Assembly: GCA_041661265.1 (NCBI GenBank)
Contig: JBAZUT010000003.1
Location: forward strand, 79,191-143,190
Direction of reading: 5' to 3'
DNA: 64,000 bases
Source: Minisyncoccota bacterium
Lineage (GTDB): Bacteria > Patescibacteriota > Minisyncoccia > JAHIHE01 > JAGLIN01
Shown: piece by piece, positions 1 through 14,395 of the stretch
How the letters are laid out: every line of letters starts with the position of its first letter
Position numbering within the stretch: position 1 is the first letter of the stretch
The notes under the pieces: generated by a model
Database searches by the model: none
Told to the model about the DNA's origin: nothing
What the model saw: only the letters and a program-made list of their open reading frames with translations
Made by a program: the position numbers and the translations under genes

Positions 1-49
1 GAAGCGGAGGACGTAGGGGGAACATTAGTCATTAAAGGTTTTTATAAAC

Positions 50-538
50 ATGGACAATAGAGAAGAACAATTTATACCACTGGAAAATATACCAGAAAAG
101 CCAACAAAAAACGAAATTAAGGAAATGGATCAATTTGGAAAGCGATTGGACGAAATAGAAAAGAAAAGAGAACTTATTGATGAAAAAGTAACACGGATCG
201 GAATATCGATAAACGATTCCGAAAAACGTATTGAAAAAACGACAACTTTTATGATGTTTGTTGCAGGCGCTATCTTGATATCTTTTTCACTTGCATTTGT
301 CACCTTATCATTCGAATACTATAAACGAAATGAGGATAACCTAAATAAGTTGACATCAAGGATTGAGTCATTGGAGGAAAAGAAGTTTGAGAATGTAATT
401 AATTCGTATGATATTCAAAGGTCAAATGAATTGAAGTTAATTACAGATGTTATTCAACAACATCAAACTGATAATGAGGTATTTAGAAATTGTTTAAAAA
501 ATAAAAGATATTGGCAATACGAAGAGTGTGCCGAGTAG
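50..538 (+). CDS. hypothetical coiled-coil protein with one predicted TM helix
   Basis: 162-aa ORF. Charged, coiled-coil-like N- and C-terminal parts flank a hydrophobic segment (FMMFVAGAILISFSLAFVTLSF). No recognisable family. Confidence 0.45.
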   Translation: MDNREEQFIPLENIPEKPTKNEIKEMDQFGKRLDEIEKKRELIDEKVTRIGISINDSEKRIEKTTTFMMFVAGAILISFSLAFVTLSFEYYKRNEDNLNKLTSRIESLEEKKFENVINSYDIQRSNELKLITDVIQQHQTDNEVFRNCLKNKRYWQYEECAE

Positions 539-673
539 GTGATACTAAATTATGATAATTGAATTATTTTGAAAATTATTAAATTTAGACATTCATTAAA
601 AATTAGAAATTAAGAATTAGAAATTAAATATTGTTGAATATAAATTAGCTTTTATATAAGCCAAAAACGCGTC

Positions 674-702
674 TTGACAGTATTTAGATTATGCTATATT
701 AT
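674..702 (+). promoter_or_regulatory. putative rRNA promoter P1 (TTGACA, 15-17 nt spacer, TATATT/TATTAT)
   Basis: Consensus -35 TTGACA at 674-679 and -10 TATATT/TATTAT at 695-702, about 250 nt upstream of the 16S 5' end. Confidence 0.45.
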
Positions 703-776
703 TACATTAATAATAGGTTAAAGAAATAAAACTGAATACGAAGGAAAAAAGTAGCTGGTCAAGAATGAAGTAGCAC

Positions 777-804
777 TTGACAAGTGTTTTATTTGTACTA
801 TTAT
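777..804 (+). promoter_or_regulatory. putative rRNA promoter P2 (TTGACA, 16 nt spacer, TATTAT)
   Basis: TTGACA at 777-782 and TATTAT at 799-804. Tandem to P1, as in classic dual rrn promoters. Confidence 0.45.
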
Positions 805-944
805 GAATAGGTAACCGTGCGAGAGTTCGTTAACAATTCAGATATGTTATCACTACAAACTTTGTGTAGTTGTCCTGAACTATTTCTGCATCGTTCATAA
901 GTCCATATGTAAATATGCAACTGTGAACATTTATGATGCAACAT

Positions 945-2406
<1,462 letters not shown>

Positions 2407-2686
2407 CTAGGGAGAAGTGCGATTAATTTCGCAACTTACCTTGGTCTTCTAACTCTACGAGTTATATAAGCTGTTGGGAATGTCTCAGCTTCGAACAAAA
2501 GATGTTCCATGGACAACTACATAAGGTTTGTAACTTATATCTGAATAGCAAAGTCGCATCTAATCTCTTGCATTGGATGCGATTTTTGTTACGCGGCACT
2601 TGTAATATTATTATTTCTTTGATAAGATATTATAAGTTTCGATAAATTAAAAAACTTCTAAAATCAACAAGTAATTTGTAAACTTT

Positions 2687-2760
2687 GGGCGATTAGCTCA
2701 GTTGGCTAGAGCACTTCACTGATAATGAAGAGGTCGGAAGTTCGAGTCTTCCATCGCCCA
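2687..2760 (+). tRNA. tRNA-Ile (anticodon GAT)
   Basis: GGGCGATTAGCTCAGTTGG...GGTTCGAGTC...ATCGCCCA cloverleaf. Anticodon loop CTGATAA. CCA is not encoded. Sits in the 16S-23S spacer. Confidence 0.9.
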
Positions 2761-2931
2761 CAACAAAAACTTATAACTGATGACTTATAACGCATAACAA
2801 TAAAGAAATATTAAATTCGAGAATCCTTGCATTGTTTTATATTTATTGTATAATACAAATGTAGACGAAACTTTGAGGCGACTTGCGAGCCCGTTGCGAT
2901 GTGTTATGAGTTATAAGTTGTGAGTTGTTTT

Positions 2932-3004
2932 GGGCCCGTAGCTCAGTTGGTAGAGCACTTGCTTTGCAAGCATGGGGTCGCAGGTTCGAATCCTGTCGGG
3001 TCCA
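2932..3004 (+). tRNA. tRNA-Ala (anticodon TGC)
   Basis: GGGCCCGTAGCTCAGTTGGTAGAGC...CAGGTTCGAATCCTG...CGGGTCCA. G3:U70 identity pair present. Anticodon loop TTTGCAA. CCA is not encoded. Confidence 0.9.
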
Positions 3005-3165
3005 CTTTGAGTTCACGTGAGAGGTTGAGGCAATATAAAATGACAGATTGCTGCTATCAATATATTCCGATGATTTATTGAAGATGCGAGCAATATATAT
3101 ACTTTTGAAAATCAAACACAAATATAAATATTTTAAAATATAAAAAAAGAAAGGGGGTGGAGTAA

Positions 3166-3555
3166 ATGGAATTTTTATTCGCCAGTGATTATTTTTTTAT
3201 CATTTTCAACCAAATGGTAACATTCTATCAGAATATACTATCTGGTGGGATCGATAGAGCGTTAATCGTATTGGGCGTAGGAGCTTTTATTGTTTTCGAA
3301 ATTGATAAAGTTGCCCTACGAACAAAGATAAAGGAACGCAGAGTTGTTGCGATGACCGCAAAATGGGTGTTCATGATCATTACGATATTAATCGCCCTGG
3401 AAGAAGCGCATATCGGTAATAACACCATTCAGACTTTTTCAAGCGGTTTTGCGCTTATGATTGCTCTTTCAGGCGGCTTGGCTTTCGGACTCGGTGGACA
3501 GTATCAGGCTAAAGAAATACTTGAGGAATTTAAACACAAGATCATACAGAAGTAG
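3166..3555 (+). CDS. small membrane protein encoded inside the rRNA operon spacer (2-3 predicted TM helices)
   Basis: 129-aa ORF with a strong SD (AAAGGGGGTGG) about 8 nt upstream of the ATG. Hydrophobic helices (ALIVLGVGAFIVF, WVFMIITILIALEE, FALMIALSGGLAFGLGG). Followed by a rho-independent terminator. Confidence 0.5.
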   Translation: MEFLFASDYFFIIFNQMVTFYQNILSGGIDRALIVLGVGAFIVFEIDKVALRTKIKERRVVAMTAKWVFMIITILIALEEAHIGNNTIQTFSSGFALMIALSGGLAFGLGGQYQAKEILEEFKHKIIQK

Positions 3556-3587
3556 GATCATATATTGCAACTAGCTAGTGGCAAAAA

Positions 3588-3616
3588 TAGACAGACTTTC
3601 AGTCTGTTTTTGTCAT
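3588..3616 (+). terminator. rho-independent terminator (7-bp stem ACAGACT/AGTCTGT, loop TTC, then T-run)
   Basis: Perfect hairpin at 3591-3607 followed by TTTTGTCATTTT and preceded by an A-run. Could act in both directions. Confidence 0.55.
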
Positions 3617-3650
3617 TTTATCAGGTAATTTAGAAATTACCGACAGGCTC

Positions 3651-3679
3651 TTGACAACATTATTCATACTTGCTAATAT
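3651..3679 (+). promoter_or_regulatory. putative internal promoter upstream of 23S (TTGACA, 17 nt spacer, TAATAT)
   Basis: Consensus -35/-10 with a 17-nt spacer between the spacer-gene terminator and the 23S 5' end. Confidence 0.4.
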
Positions 3680-3835
3680 TACTCTTGTCGCTGTTTAAAA
3701 GGAAATATATTGACAACAGAAATTTGACTGAAGATTTCAGCCAAAATTGTGTTGTTAATGATTGTACGTTAACAATTGATTTAATTTGTGATTCAATGAT
3801 TAGCAATTAATAATTGCTAGTTAACCGTTTATTAG

Positions 3836-7040
<3,205 letters not shown>

Positions 7041-7171
7041 ATTTAATAGAGGTTGTATTTTAAAGATGTTTTACATCTTTAGATTACAGCTTTGGTTAAC
7101 TAGTGATTATTGATTGTTGTTTATCACAAATATACATACTTGATATTTTGAAATATCGAGTACAAGAATTC

Positions 7172-7288
7172 TCTGGTGATTTTAGCGGCGAGGTAACACC
7201 TGATCCCATTTCGAACTCAGAAGTAAAGCTCGCTTGCGCCCATGGTACTTATTCCTTACGGAATCGGGAGAGTAGGTCATTGCCGGAG
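7172..7288 (+). rRNA. rrf: 5S ribosomal RNA
   Basis: CTGGTG...AGCGGCGAGGTAACACCTGATCCCATTTCGAACTCAGAAGTAAAG...GGGAGAGTAGGTCATTGCCGGAG, followed by a T-run. Confidence 0.85.
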
Positions 7289-7362
7289 ATTTTTTGTTGG
7301 AAAAAATATTTTGACCATATGAGGTAAAAAGGTTATAATCTATTATATTACTAATAATAAAT

Positions 7363-8232
7363 ATGACTGGAATACAGAGAGCGATCAAAAAATTATCTAT
7401 CATATTGTTGATCTTGTCCTTGTTTTTTATTATTTCATGGCCTGAATTACGGCCGAAAGAAGATTCGTGCTATAACGGCAAGCTGGACTTTGGCGAAGAT
7501 GAGATAGACTGCGGCGGTATTTGTTCAACGGCATGCCCGCCTCCTGAAAAACCGCCAATGGTAGAAGATGTAAAGATCGAATGGTCCCGCGCTCTCAAGG
7601 ATGGAAATGATAATTATGACCTTATTGCAAAGATATATAACACCAATAAACACTGGGGAGCTACAAACGTCAACTATAAATTTATTATATATGGAGGTAA
7701 TAACGATGTTTTAGCAATCAAAACCGGAAGTACATACATTGTACCTCTCGGATTTTCCGAGGGTGAAGGAGTGAAATATGTAATAGAAAATAATTATGTA
7801 TCTGACAAAGAAATAACAAAGGTTGACTTTGAGCTAGATAATTTCAGATGGGCCGAAGTGAAGGATATATTGGAACTTCCGGAACTGGGCGTTGATACGA
7901 TAATAGTAAAGGACAGAAGATATGGAAAAGTGGAATCCGGTAATGAATACTATTATATTTATGGTGTAACAGAAAACACTTCCAAATACAGTTTCAGATT
8001 TGTTGATATATATGCTGTGGTGTATGATGCGCAAAACAACCCCATTGCTGCCGGTAAAACGGATCAGAACACCGTTGCGGCCGGAACAGGATGGGAATTC
8101 AGAATATTCTGGAATGATAAATTCGAAGGGGAAGTTGCAAAAGTGGACTACGTCGCTGAGACAAATATATATGAACAATCGAACTTTATGCGGGCTTATG
8201 GCACGGGAAAGAAGTACAATACCACAAAATAG
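7363..8232 (+). CDS. secreted hypothetical protein with N-terminal signal/TM and a cysteine-rich CxNGxxDxGExxxDCGGxC motif
   Basis: 289-aa ORF with a hydrophobic N-terminus (LSIILLILSLFFIISW). Its Cys motif resembles the Myxococcus-type cysteine-rich repeat also seen at 33476-36322. Confidence 0.5.
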   Translation: MTGIQRAIKKLSIILLILSLFFIISWPELRPKEDSCYNGKLDFGEDEIDCGGICSTACPPPEKPPMVEDVKIEWSRALKDGNDNYDLIAKIYNTNKHWGATNVNYKFIIYGGNNDVLAIKTGSTYIVPLGFSEGEGVKYVIENNYVSDKEITKVDFELDNFRWAEVKDILELPELGVDTIIVKDRRYGKVESGNEYYYIYGVTENTSKYSFRFVDIYAVVYDAQNNPIAAGKTDQNTVAAGTGWEFRIFWNDKFEGEVAKVDYVAETNIYEQSNFMRAYGTGKKYNTTK

Positions 8233-8244
8233 GGCGTCAAAATC

Positions 8245-9360
8245 ATGAAGATAGCATTTTTAAATAAAATCGACGTAGCGCTGTTCGTTTCTCAAACTAT
8301 TCTGATTGTTATTGGAATTATTACGATTTTTAGTACATCGTACAGCAGCAGTGGCAGCGATTTTGTGAATTTTAATAAACAGGCGATATTCGCCATTGTC
8401 GGGATAGTGGTGTTTTTTGTTATCAGTCTTGTAGATTATCGAGCTATAAAAAATTATACGGGCATCATATATGTGATCGCCTGTATTATTTTGATCTTGG
8501 TGGCTATAATGGGAAAAAATATCAGAGGAACCGCGGGATGGTTCGATCTTGGCTTTGTCAGTCTTCAGCCAGCCGAGTTCGTAAAAATAGCCATGATAAT
8601 CATCATCGCAAAATATTTTACAAAGATCGATATTTACATAAACAGCTTTAAGAAGGCAATAGTTTCCGGAATATACGTCCTGATACCGGTTTCGCTCATT
8701 ATGATGCAACCTGACATGGGAAGCGCTCTTATAATTATCTTTATATGGATAGCTATGCTGATACTATCCGGCGTGAATAAAAAATATATATTATATATAA
8801 CTATATTGGCGATCGTGTTATCGGGCATAGGGTGGCAATATGCGCTGAAAGATTATCAAAAGAGCAGAATTTTGTCATTTTTTGATTCGGAATATGACCC
8901 TATGGGAGCAGGATACAACGTCAGGCAGTCCGTGATCGCTATCGGTTCCGGAAATATATGGGGAAAAGGCCTGGGACATGGATCCCAAAGCCAATTGAAT
9001 TTTTTGCCGGAGAAGCACACCGATTTCATTTTTGCGGTCATAGCAGAGGAGATGGGATTCGTCGGAATAATCCTGGTGATTGGACTATATGGCATAATAT
9101 TTTACAGACTGCTCAGGATCGCGGAGGAAGCTGAGGATAATTTCGGGAAATATCTGGTTCTGGGAACGTCGTTACTTGTATTTTTTCATGTCGTGATCAA
9201 TATAGGCATGAATATGGGCATCATGCCCGTTACCGGAATACCGCTTCCCCTTGTGAGCTATGGCGGAAGTTCATTGGTCAGTCTTATGGTTATGTTTGGG
9301 ATAGTGAATAGTGTGTATATCAAGGGAAGGGGTTATAAATTCACTAAAGAAGAAGATTAG
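8245..9360 (+). CDS. SEDS-family peptidoglycan glycosyltransferase (FtsW/RodA)
   Basis: 371 aa, polytopic. Conserved FtsW/RodA block GAGYNVRQSVIAIGSGNIWGKGLGHGSQSQLNFLPEKHTDFIFAVIAEEMGFVG and C-terminal GIPLPLVSYGGSS. Confidence 0.85.
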   Translation: MKIAFLNKIDVALFVSQTILIVIGIITIFSTSYSSSGSDFVNFNKQAIFAIVGIVVFFVISLVDYRAIKNYTGIIYVIACIILILVAIMGKNIRGTAGWFDLGFVSLQPAEFVKIAMIIIIAKYFTKIDIYINSFKKAIVSGIYVLIPVSLIMMQPDMGSALIIIFIWIAMLILSGVNKKYILYITILAIVLSGIGWQYALKDYQKSRILSFFDSEYDPMGAGYNVRQSVIAIGSGNIWGKGLGHGSQSQLNFLPEKHTDFIFAVIAEEMGFVGIILVIGLYGIIFYRLLRIAEEAEDNFGKYLVLGTSLLVFFHVVINIGMNMGIMPVTGIPLPLVSYGGSSLVSLMVMFGIVNSVYIKGRGYKFTKEED

Positions 9361-9380
9361 CAACGTCCGGAAAAGAATAA

Positions 9381-9400
9381 ATGTGGCTTTGGCTCCACAT
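9381..9400 (+). terminator. hairpin (ATGTGG...CCACAT) after FtsW/RodA; weak terminator candidate
   Basis: Inverted repeat directly after the stop codon. No strong T-run follows. Confidence 0.25.
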
Positions 9401-9459
9401 AATATATTTACATTGAATATCATATGTGTTAATATGTTTAAGTTATCATAAATAAAACT

Positions 9460-10860
9460 ATGGCTGAAAATAAGACTGAGTTTTTCAATAAAATAGTATC
9501 GCTTTGCAAAAGACGGGGATTTATTTATCCCTCAAGTGAGATATATGGGGGATTCGCGGCGATCTATGATTATGGACATTACGGAACGCTTCTGAAGAAC
9601 AATATACGCGATTCGTGGTGGAAGAGCATGGTTCAGATGCGCGATGATGTCGTGGGACTGGATAGCGCTATCTTTATGCATCCAAAAACATGGGTCGCAT
9701 CGGGACATGTCGGGGGATTTAACGATCCCCAGATTGACTGCAAGAAATGCAAAAGCAGATTTCGGGCAGACCATTTTCTTAAGAATTTCGGCATAAATGC
9801 AGACAAAATGCCCTTGGTTGAGATCAATAAGCATTTGGATGATTTAAGGAAAGAGAAAAAGCTTAAATGCCAGAATTGCGGATCGACCGAAATTACGCAA
9901 GCAAAAATATTTTCTTTGATGGTAAAATCAAATATAGGATCGCCGACTGATGAGCTGAAAGAAGAGAATGTGGTATATCTCCGGCCGGAAACCTGCGGGG
10001 GGATATATCTTGAATTCAAGAATACCATTGATTCGTTGCACAAAAAACTTCCTTTCGGGATCGCGCAAGTCGGCAAGGCTTTCAGGAATGAGATCGTTGC
10101 GAGACAGTTCATATTCAGAACGAGAGAATTCGAACAGATGGAAATGCAGTACTTTTTGCACCCCTTGATGATGAAAGATAAATATGAATCATGGAAAAAG
10201 GCGAGATGGCAATGGTATCTGGATAATGGCATCTCAGAAAAAGAGATCAAGTGGTATAAGCACGAGAAACTTGCCCATTACGCATCAGAAGCATATGACA
10301 TTACGTATAATTTCAAATCTCTAGGTGACTTCGATGAGGTTGAGGGGATACATGCGAGAGGCGACTGGGATCTTTCCCAGCATTCGAAATGTTCAGGCGT
10401 AGATCTTTCATATACAGATGAAAAAACGAAGGAAAAGTTCATACCTCACATCATGGAAACGTCAGTTGGACTGAATAGATTACTGTTTATGTTCCTGGAT
10501 AATGCGTATTGTGAGGAAAAAGTGGGAGATGAAACGAGAGTTGTACTGAAACTGCCAATGCATCTTGCCCCAGTCAAAGTTGCAGTATTCCCGCTTCTGA
10601 AGAACAAGCCGGATCTGGTGCAAAAAGCACGTGAAGTTTATGACGCGCTCAAGCCATATTTCATGTGTGAATTCGACGATAACGGAAATATAGGGAAGAG
10701 ATACAGGAGACAGGATGAGATAGGGACGCCACATTGCGTTACTGTTGACTTCGATACGATCAGTGACGAAACCGTAACTGTCAGAGACAGGGACACTATG
10801 AAACAGGAACGCATTAAGATCGCGGAATTACCTGACTTTTTGAAAGTAAAATTGGCCTAA
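9460..10860 (+). CDS. glyQS: glycine--tRNA ligase (class II, dimeric GlyRS)
   Basis: 466 aa. N-terminal FYPSSEIYGGFAAIYDYGHYGTLLKNNIRDSWW, class II motifs, and a C-terminal anticodon-binding region typical of alpha2 GlyRS. Confidence 0.88.
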   Translation: MAENKTEFFNKIVSLCKRRGFIYPSSEIYGGFAAIYDYGHYGTLLKNNIRDSWWKSMVQMRDDVVGLDSAIFMHPKTWVASGHVGGFNDPQIDCKKCKSRFRADHFLKNFGINADKMPLVEINKHLDDLRKEKKLKCQNCGSTEITQAKIFSLMVKSNIGSPTDELKEENVVYLRPETCGGIYLEFKNTIDSLHKKLPFGIAQVGKAFRNEIVARQFIFRTREFEQMEMQYFLHPLMMKDKYESWKKARWQWYLDNGISEKEIKWYKHEKLAHYASEAYDITYNFKSLGDFDEVEGIHARGDWDLSQHSKCSGVDLSYTDEKTKEKFIPHIMETSVGLNRLLFMFLDNAYCEEKVGDETRVVLKLPMHLAPVKVAVFPLLKNKPDLVQKAREVYDALKPYFMCEFDDNGNIGKRYRRQDEIGTPHCVTVDFDTISDETVTVRDRDTMKQERIKIAELPDFLKVKLA

Positions 10861-10864
10861 ACTT

Positions 10865-11977
10865 ATGCGAGAAGCAAAATTGATCATTGCAGACAGTGAA
10901 CATGATTCTAATATGTATTACGCAACCGGATGCTTAGTGCCAGATGATTTTATTTATCTGGAAATAAACAGCAAAAAGATCGTTTATATCGACGATATGG
11001 AATTTGGAAGAGTCAGAAACGAAGCCTTGGTAGATAAAGTTATAAATTATTCAAAATACAGTCCCGGAATTGACAGAGATACATTTGGACGCATATTGAT
11101 CAGGATCCTATCGGATAATGGTATTGAAAAAGTTTATGTTCCCGGCAATTTCAAGATGAAGTATGCAAAGGTTTTGCTGGATAACGGCATAAGGACAGAG
11201 GTGGTTGAGCCGTTTTTCAAAGAAAGAATATCAAAAAGCAAAGAAGAGGTTGAAAAAATATCAGAGGTTCAGAGAATAAATGAGAGTGCTTTCAAAAAAG
11301 CTATAACTGTAATTAAAAAATCAAAAATAAGAAAAGATAGGAAGTTGATCTATAACGGAAATGTTTTAACTTCGGAATTCATCAGGATCATATTACAGAA
11401 AGAATTTGTCGCAAATAATTGCTTTTGCGATTACAGTATTATAGTTTCTTGCGCAGACGATACCGTCGATCCCCATGAAGCGGGAAAAGGGGCCCTGATC
11501 GCAGGGGAATCAATTATCATGGACGTGGTGCCTAAGTCGAGTTCAAACAGATATTACAGCGATATGACAAGGACGATAGTCAAGGGGAAAGCTTCTCCGG
11601 AGATTAAAAGGATCTATAATGCGGTTGCTGAGGCGCAAATGATCGCACTGAGTGAAATTAAATCAGGGATACGCGCCGACCATATTCATAAAAGAATCCA
11701 AAAATTTTTTGACAGTGCCGGATTTAAAACGGGAATGAAAAAAGGAAAAATGCAGGGGTTTTTTCATAGCACGGGACACGGGGTGGGCCTGGATGTCCAT
11801 GAACTTCCAAGGATCAATTTGAATTATCAAAAAGAGCTCGAAACAGGAAATGTGGTTACGGTCGAACCAGGTTTATATTATCCGGGAATTGGCGGAGTGA
11901 GAATTGAGGACATGGTAGTCGTCACAGAGCATGGATGTAAAAATCTTACTCATTTTCCTAAATATTTGGAAATATAG
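10865..11977 (+). CDS. M24-family metallopeptidase (Xaa-Pro aminopeptidase/dipeptidase-like)
   Basis: 370 aa. Pita-bread fold motifs HSTGHGVGLDVHELP and GNVVTVEPGLYYPGIGGVRIED. Confidence 0.75.
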   Translation: MREAKLIIADSEHDSNMYYATGCLVPDDFIYLEINSKKIVYIDDMEFGRVRNEALVDKVINYSKYSPGIDRDTFGRILIRILSDNGIEKVYVPGNFKMKYAKVLLDNGIRTEVVEPFFKERISKSKEEVEKISEVQRINESAFKKAITVIKKSKIRKDRKLIYNGNVLTSEFIRIILQKEFVANNCFCDYSIIVSCADDTVDPHEAGKGALIAGESIIMDVVPKSSSNRYYSDMTRTIVKGKASPEIKRIYNAVAEAQMIALSEIKSGIRADHIHKRIQKFFDSAGFKTGMKKGKMQGFFHSTGHGVGLDVHELPRINLNYQKELETGNVVTVEPGLYYPGIGGVRIEDMVVVTEHGCKNLTHFPKYLEI

Positions 11978-12014
11978 GCATAAGATCTATAATAATACAT
12001 AACAGAATATTAAT

Positions 12015-12986
12015 ATGAATAAATCAAAAAAGGAACAAATGGATATCGCGAAAATATATGACATTGCGATCAAGAAAGGTATTGAGAACGACTTCAGATC
12101 TAAGGCTGACATCAATGAGCTTTTCAGAAGAGAGAAAGAAAGATACAGGAAGTTGGAAGGTGAAGACAAAAATAGCTATGACAAGGACAGGCTTATTAAT
12201 CCATTTTCCGATACCAGGGTCCTAAATATTTCCGAGAATAAAAATATTAAGAAAATACTTAGCGGCATCGATATCGGCAGCGGAGAGATCCTGTATGCGC
12301 AAATGCATAATGACATAGATCTCGTGATCTCCCATCATCCGCTTGGGAAGGCGCTTTCTAATCTCAGCGATGTCATGCATCTTCAGGCGGATGTATTGAA
12401 TATGTATGGCGTTCCGATCAATATTGCAGAAAGCTTGCTGAAGGAGCGCATTTCTGAAGTTTCAAGAGGTGTAAATCCGATAAATCATAATAAGGAAGTG
12501 GACCTTGCAAGATTGTTTAAAATCAATCTGATGTGTGTACACACGCCTGCAGATAATTTTGCGGCAAAGTTTCTTGACGAATCGATTAAGAAAGCAAAAA
12601 TAGCATATGTCGGCGACCTTCTGAAATTATTAAGAACGATTCCTGAATATAAAGAATCCATAAAGATCGGAGCAGGCCCTAAGCTTTTCGCTGGATTTGA
12701 AGATAGCCGGGTCGGAAAGATAGCCCTGACTGAAATAACCGGAGGAACAGAAGGATCGGCCGGAATGTATGAAAAAATGGCTCAGGCGGGGATCGGCACG
12801 ATCGTAGCTATGCATCTTTCGGAAGAAAGAAAAAAAGAGGCGGAAAAGGCTCATATAAATGTTGTTGTTGCGGGACATATATCGTCCGATTCTCTCGGAA
12901 TGAATCTTTTCCTGGATGAGCTTGAAAAGAAAGGCATTGAAATAGTACCGTGTTCCGGGCTTACAAGGATCAAAAGATTTAAATAG
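12015..12986 (+). CDS. Nif3-like dinuclear-metal-centre protein (GTP cyclohydrolase I type 2 homolog) with charged N-terminal extension
   Basis: DLVISHHPLG and CVHTPADNFAA resemble the Nif3 HHP and HTxxD metal-binding motifs. Confidence 0.4.
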   Translation: MNKSKKEQMDIAKIYDIAIKKGIENDFRSKADINELFRREKERYRKLEGEDKNSYDKDRLINPFSDTRVLNISENKNIKKILSGIDIGSGEILYAQMHNDIDLVISHHPLGKALSNLSDVMHLQADVLNMYGVPINIAESLLKERISEVSRGVNPINHNKEVDLARLFKINLMCVHTPADNFAAKFLDESIKKAKIAYVGDLLKLLRTIPEYKESIKIGAGPKLFAGFEDSRVGKIALTEITGGTEGSAGMYEKMAQAGIGTIVAMHLSEERKKEAEKAHINVVVAGHISSDSLGMNLFLDELEKKGIEIVPCSGLTRIKRFK

Positions 12987-13103
12987 GCTATGCGATGTTG
13001 AAATGTTATACAAAAAGCGGGCGTTTGCTCGTTTTTTTGACTGGTTGGTCCTGATATTGTATCATATATAGTAATACGGTTCTTTGAAAATGGAGGTTAA
13101 ATT

Positions 13104-14387
13104 ATGTACCAAATAGAAATAAAAACTGAAAAAATAAGAAACATCCAGCCTGGATACGTCGCCATAGACTGCGATCCCGATGAAGTGCAGAAAATGATCT
13201 CGGCGCACTTTATGACTCCCATGATGTTCGTATATAACGGGGTTGCGGGCATATATGAAAGCAAATATGGCATTGAAAGCACAAAAAGAATAATTCTTGC
13301 GATAAGAAAAGCCAAGATCCTGGATGAAAACATAAGCGCAATAGCCCTGGGCGGAGAAGGAGTCAGTGCGGCTATCAAGGTCCTCGGACCTGCGGAAGCA
13401 AAAAAGATATTCAGCCATTTATCGACAGCGGGTGGCGCGGGACTGGAATTCTGGGTCAATGACCGAAGTTTTACCGCACTGGATTCATTTCCATCAAGAG
13501 ATGCGGCATATAAGGCAGCAAATTATAGTGAATTGCTTACTGTATATGACATAAACCAGGGACTGAAAGACAAAACAGTCACTATCATTGCAGATCTGAA
13601 TCTTGAGGAACCGAATCCCGACGACATAAAGATACAAGCGCTAATTGATGATATACGATTTGCGAAGGAAAATGGTGCGAAGAAGATCATCATTATGTCG
13701 CATAGAGGCAGGCCCGAAGACCGCGAAGAAAGATATAGCATGAAAGAGTATGCGAACATTTATACGCATCTTTTGAGAAGCATAGGTCTGTTAAGACCGG
13801 ATGAAGAAGTGGTTTTTATCGATGACTACGTCGGAGAAAAGTATGCAAAAATTATCACTGACCTTCGCGACGGTACTATATGTATTACAGAAAATGCAAG
13901 ATTTCATAAGGAAGAAAAATCCAAAGACAGAGATATTGTCTCAAGATATATCGCTGATATAAAAAATACGACCGGGACCGAAGTCCTGATATTTTCAGCG
14001 GCCGGTTCTGCGCACAGAAAGGATGCTACGAAGAAATATCTCCCGGAGATAATAGAAAAGAAAGCCATCGGGATACTGATGCAAAAAGAAATTGCTGAAA
14101 TGTCAAAGCTCCGAAATAAAAAAGACGGACCGATACTGGCCATTATCCAAGGCGCCAAGAGCGACAAGCTTCAGATCGTGAAGGAGATATTTGAAAAGGA
14201 TTTGGTCGATAAGATAATGGTCCTAGGAAAGCTCGCGCTTAATTTCTACAATGGAAATGAAGTGGCCGCTCAGATCAAAAATATCGCGGGAAACAAGCTC
14301 ATCCTTCCGAAAAGGATGACAATTGCACAAATACCGGAACGGCTGGATGAAAAGCAGTTCATAAACTACCTCAAAACACAAAAATAA
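13104..14387 (+). CDS. pgk: phosphoglycerate kinase with circularly permuted domain order
   Basis: 427-aa single ORF with a good RBS (GGAGG). Residues about 20-130 match the PGK C-terminal end: MMFVYNGVAGIYES ~ WNGPxGVFE, IALGGEGVSAAI ~ AGGGDTLAAI, SHLSTAGGAGLEFW ~ SYISTGGGAFLEF. Residues about 150-300 match the PGK N-domain (ADLNLEEP, IIIMSHRGRP, ENARFHKEEK, SAAGSAHRKDA). Residues about 335-400 match the start of the C-domain (ILAIIQGAKSDKLQIV...LGKLALNF ~ VAIVGGSKVSTKL...GGGIANTF). Confidence 0.7.
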   Translation: MYQIEIKTEKIRNIQPGYVAIDCDPDEVQKMISAHFMTPMMFVYNGVAGIYESKYGIESTKRIILAIRKAKILDENISAIALGGEGVSAAIKVLGPAEAKKIFSHLSTAGGAGLEFWVNDRSFTALDSFPSRDAAYKAANYSELLTVYDINQGLKDKTVTIIADLNLEEPNPDDIKIQALIDDIRFAKENGAKKIIIMSHRGRPEDREERYSMKEYANIYTHLLRSIGLLRPDEEVVFIDDYVGEKYAKIITDLRDGTICITENARFHKEEKSKDRDIVSRYIADIKNTTGTEVLIFSAAGSAHRKDATKKYLPEIIEKKAIGILMQKEIAEMSKLRNKKDGPILAIIQGAKSDKLQIVKEIFEKDLVDKIMVLGKLALNFYNGNEVAAQIKNIAGNKLILPKRMTIAQIPERLDEKQFINYLKTQK

Positions 14388-14395
14388 TCAAACAA

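Noticed and set aside
8260-10250. Antisense ORFs 8260-8709, 8634-8828, 8856-9095, 9532-9834, 9633-10250, 9928-10161
   Set aside because: They are fully embedded opposite the well-supported FtsW/RodA and GlyRS genes and have low-complexity or odd composition. Judged spurious.
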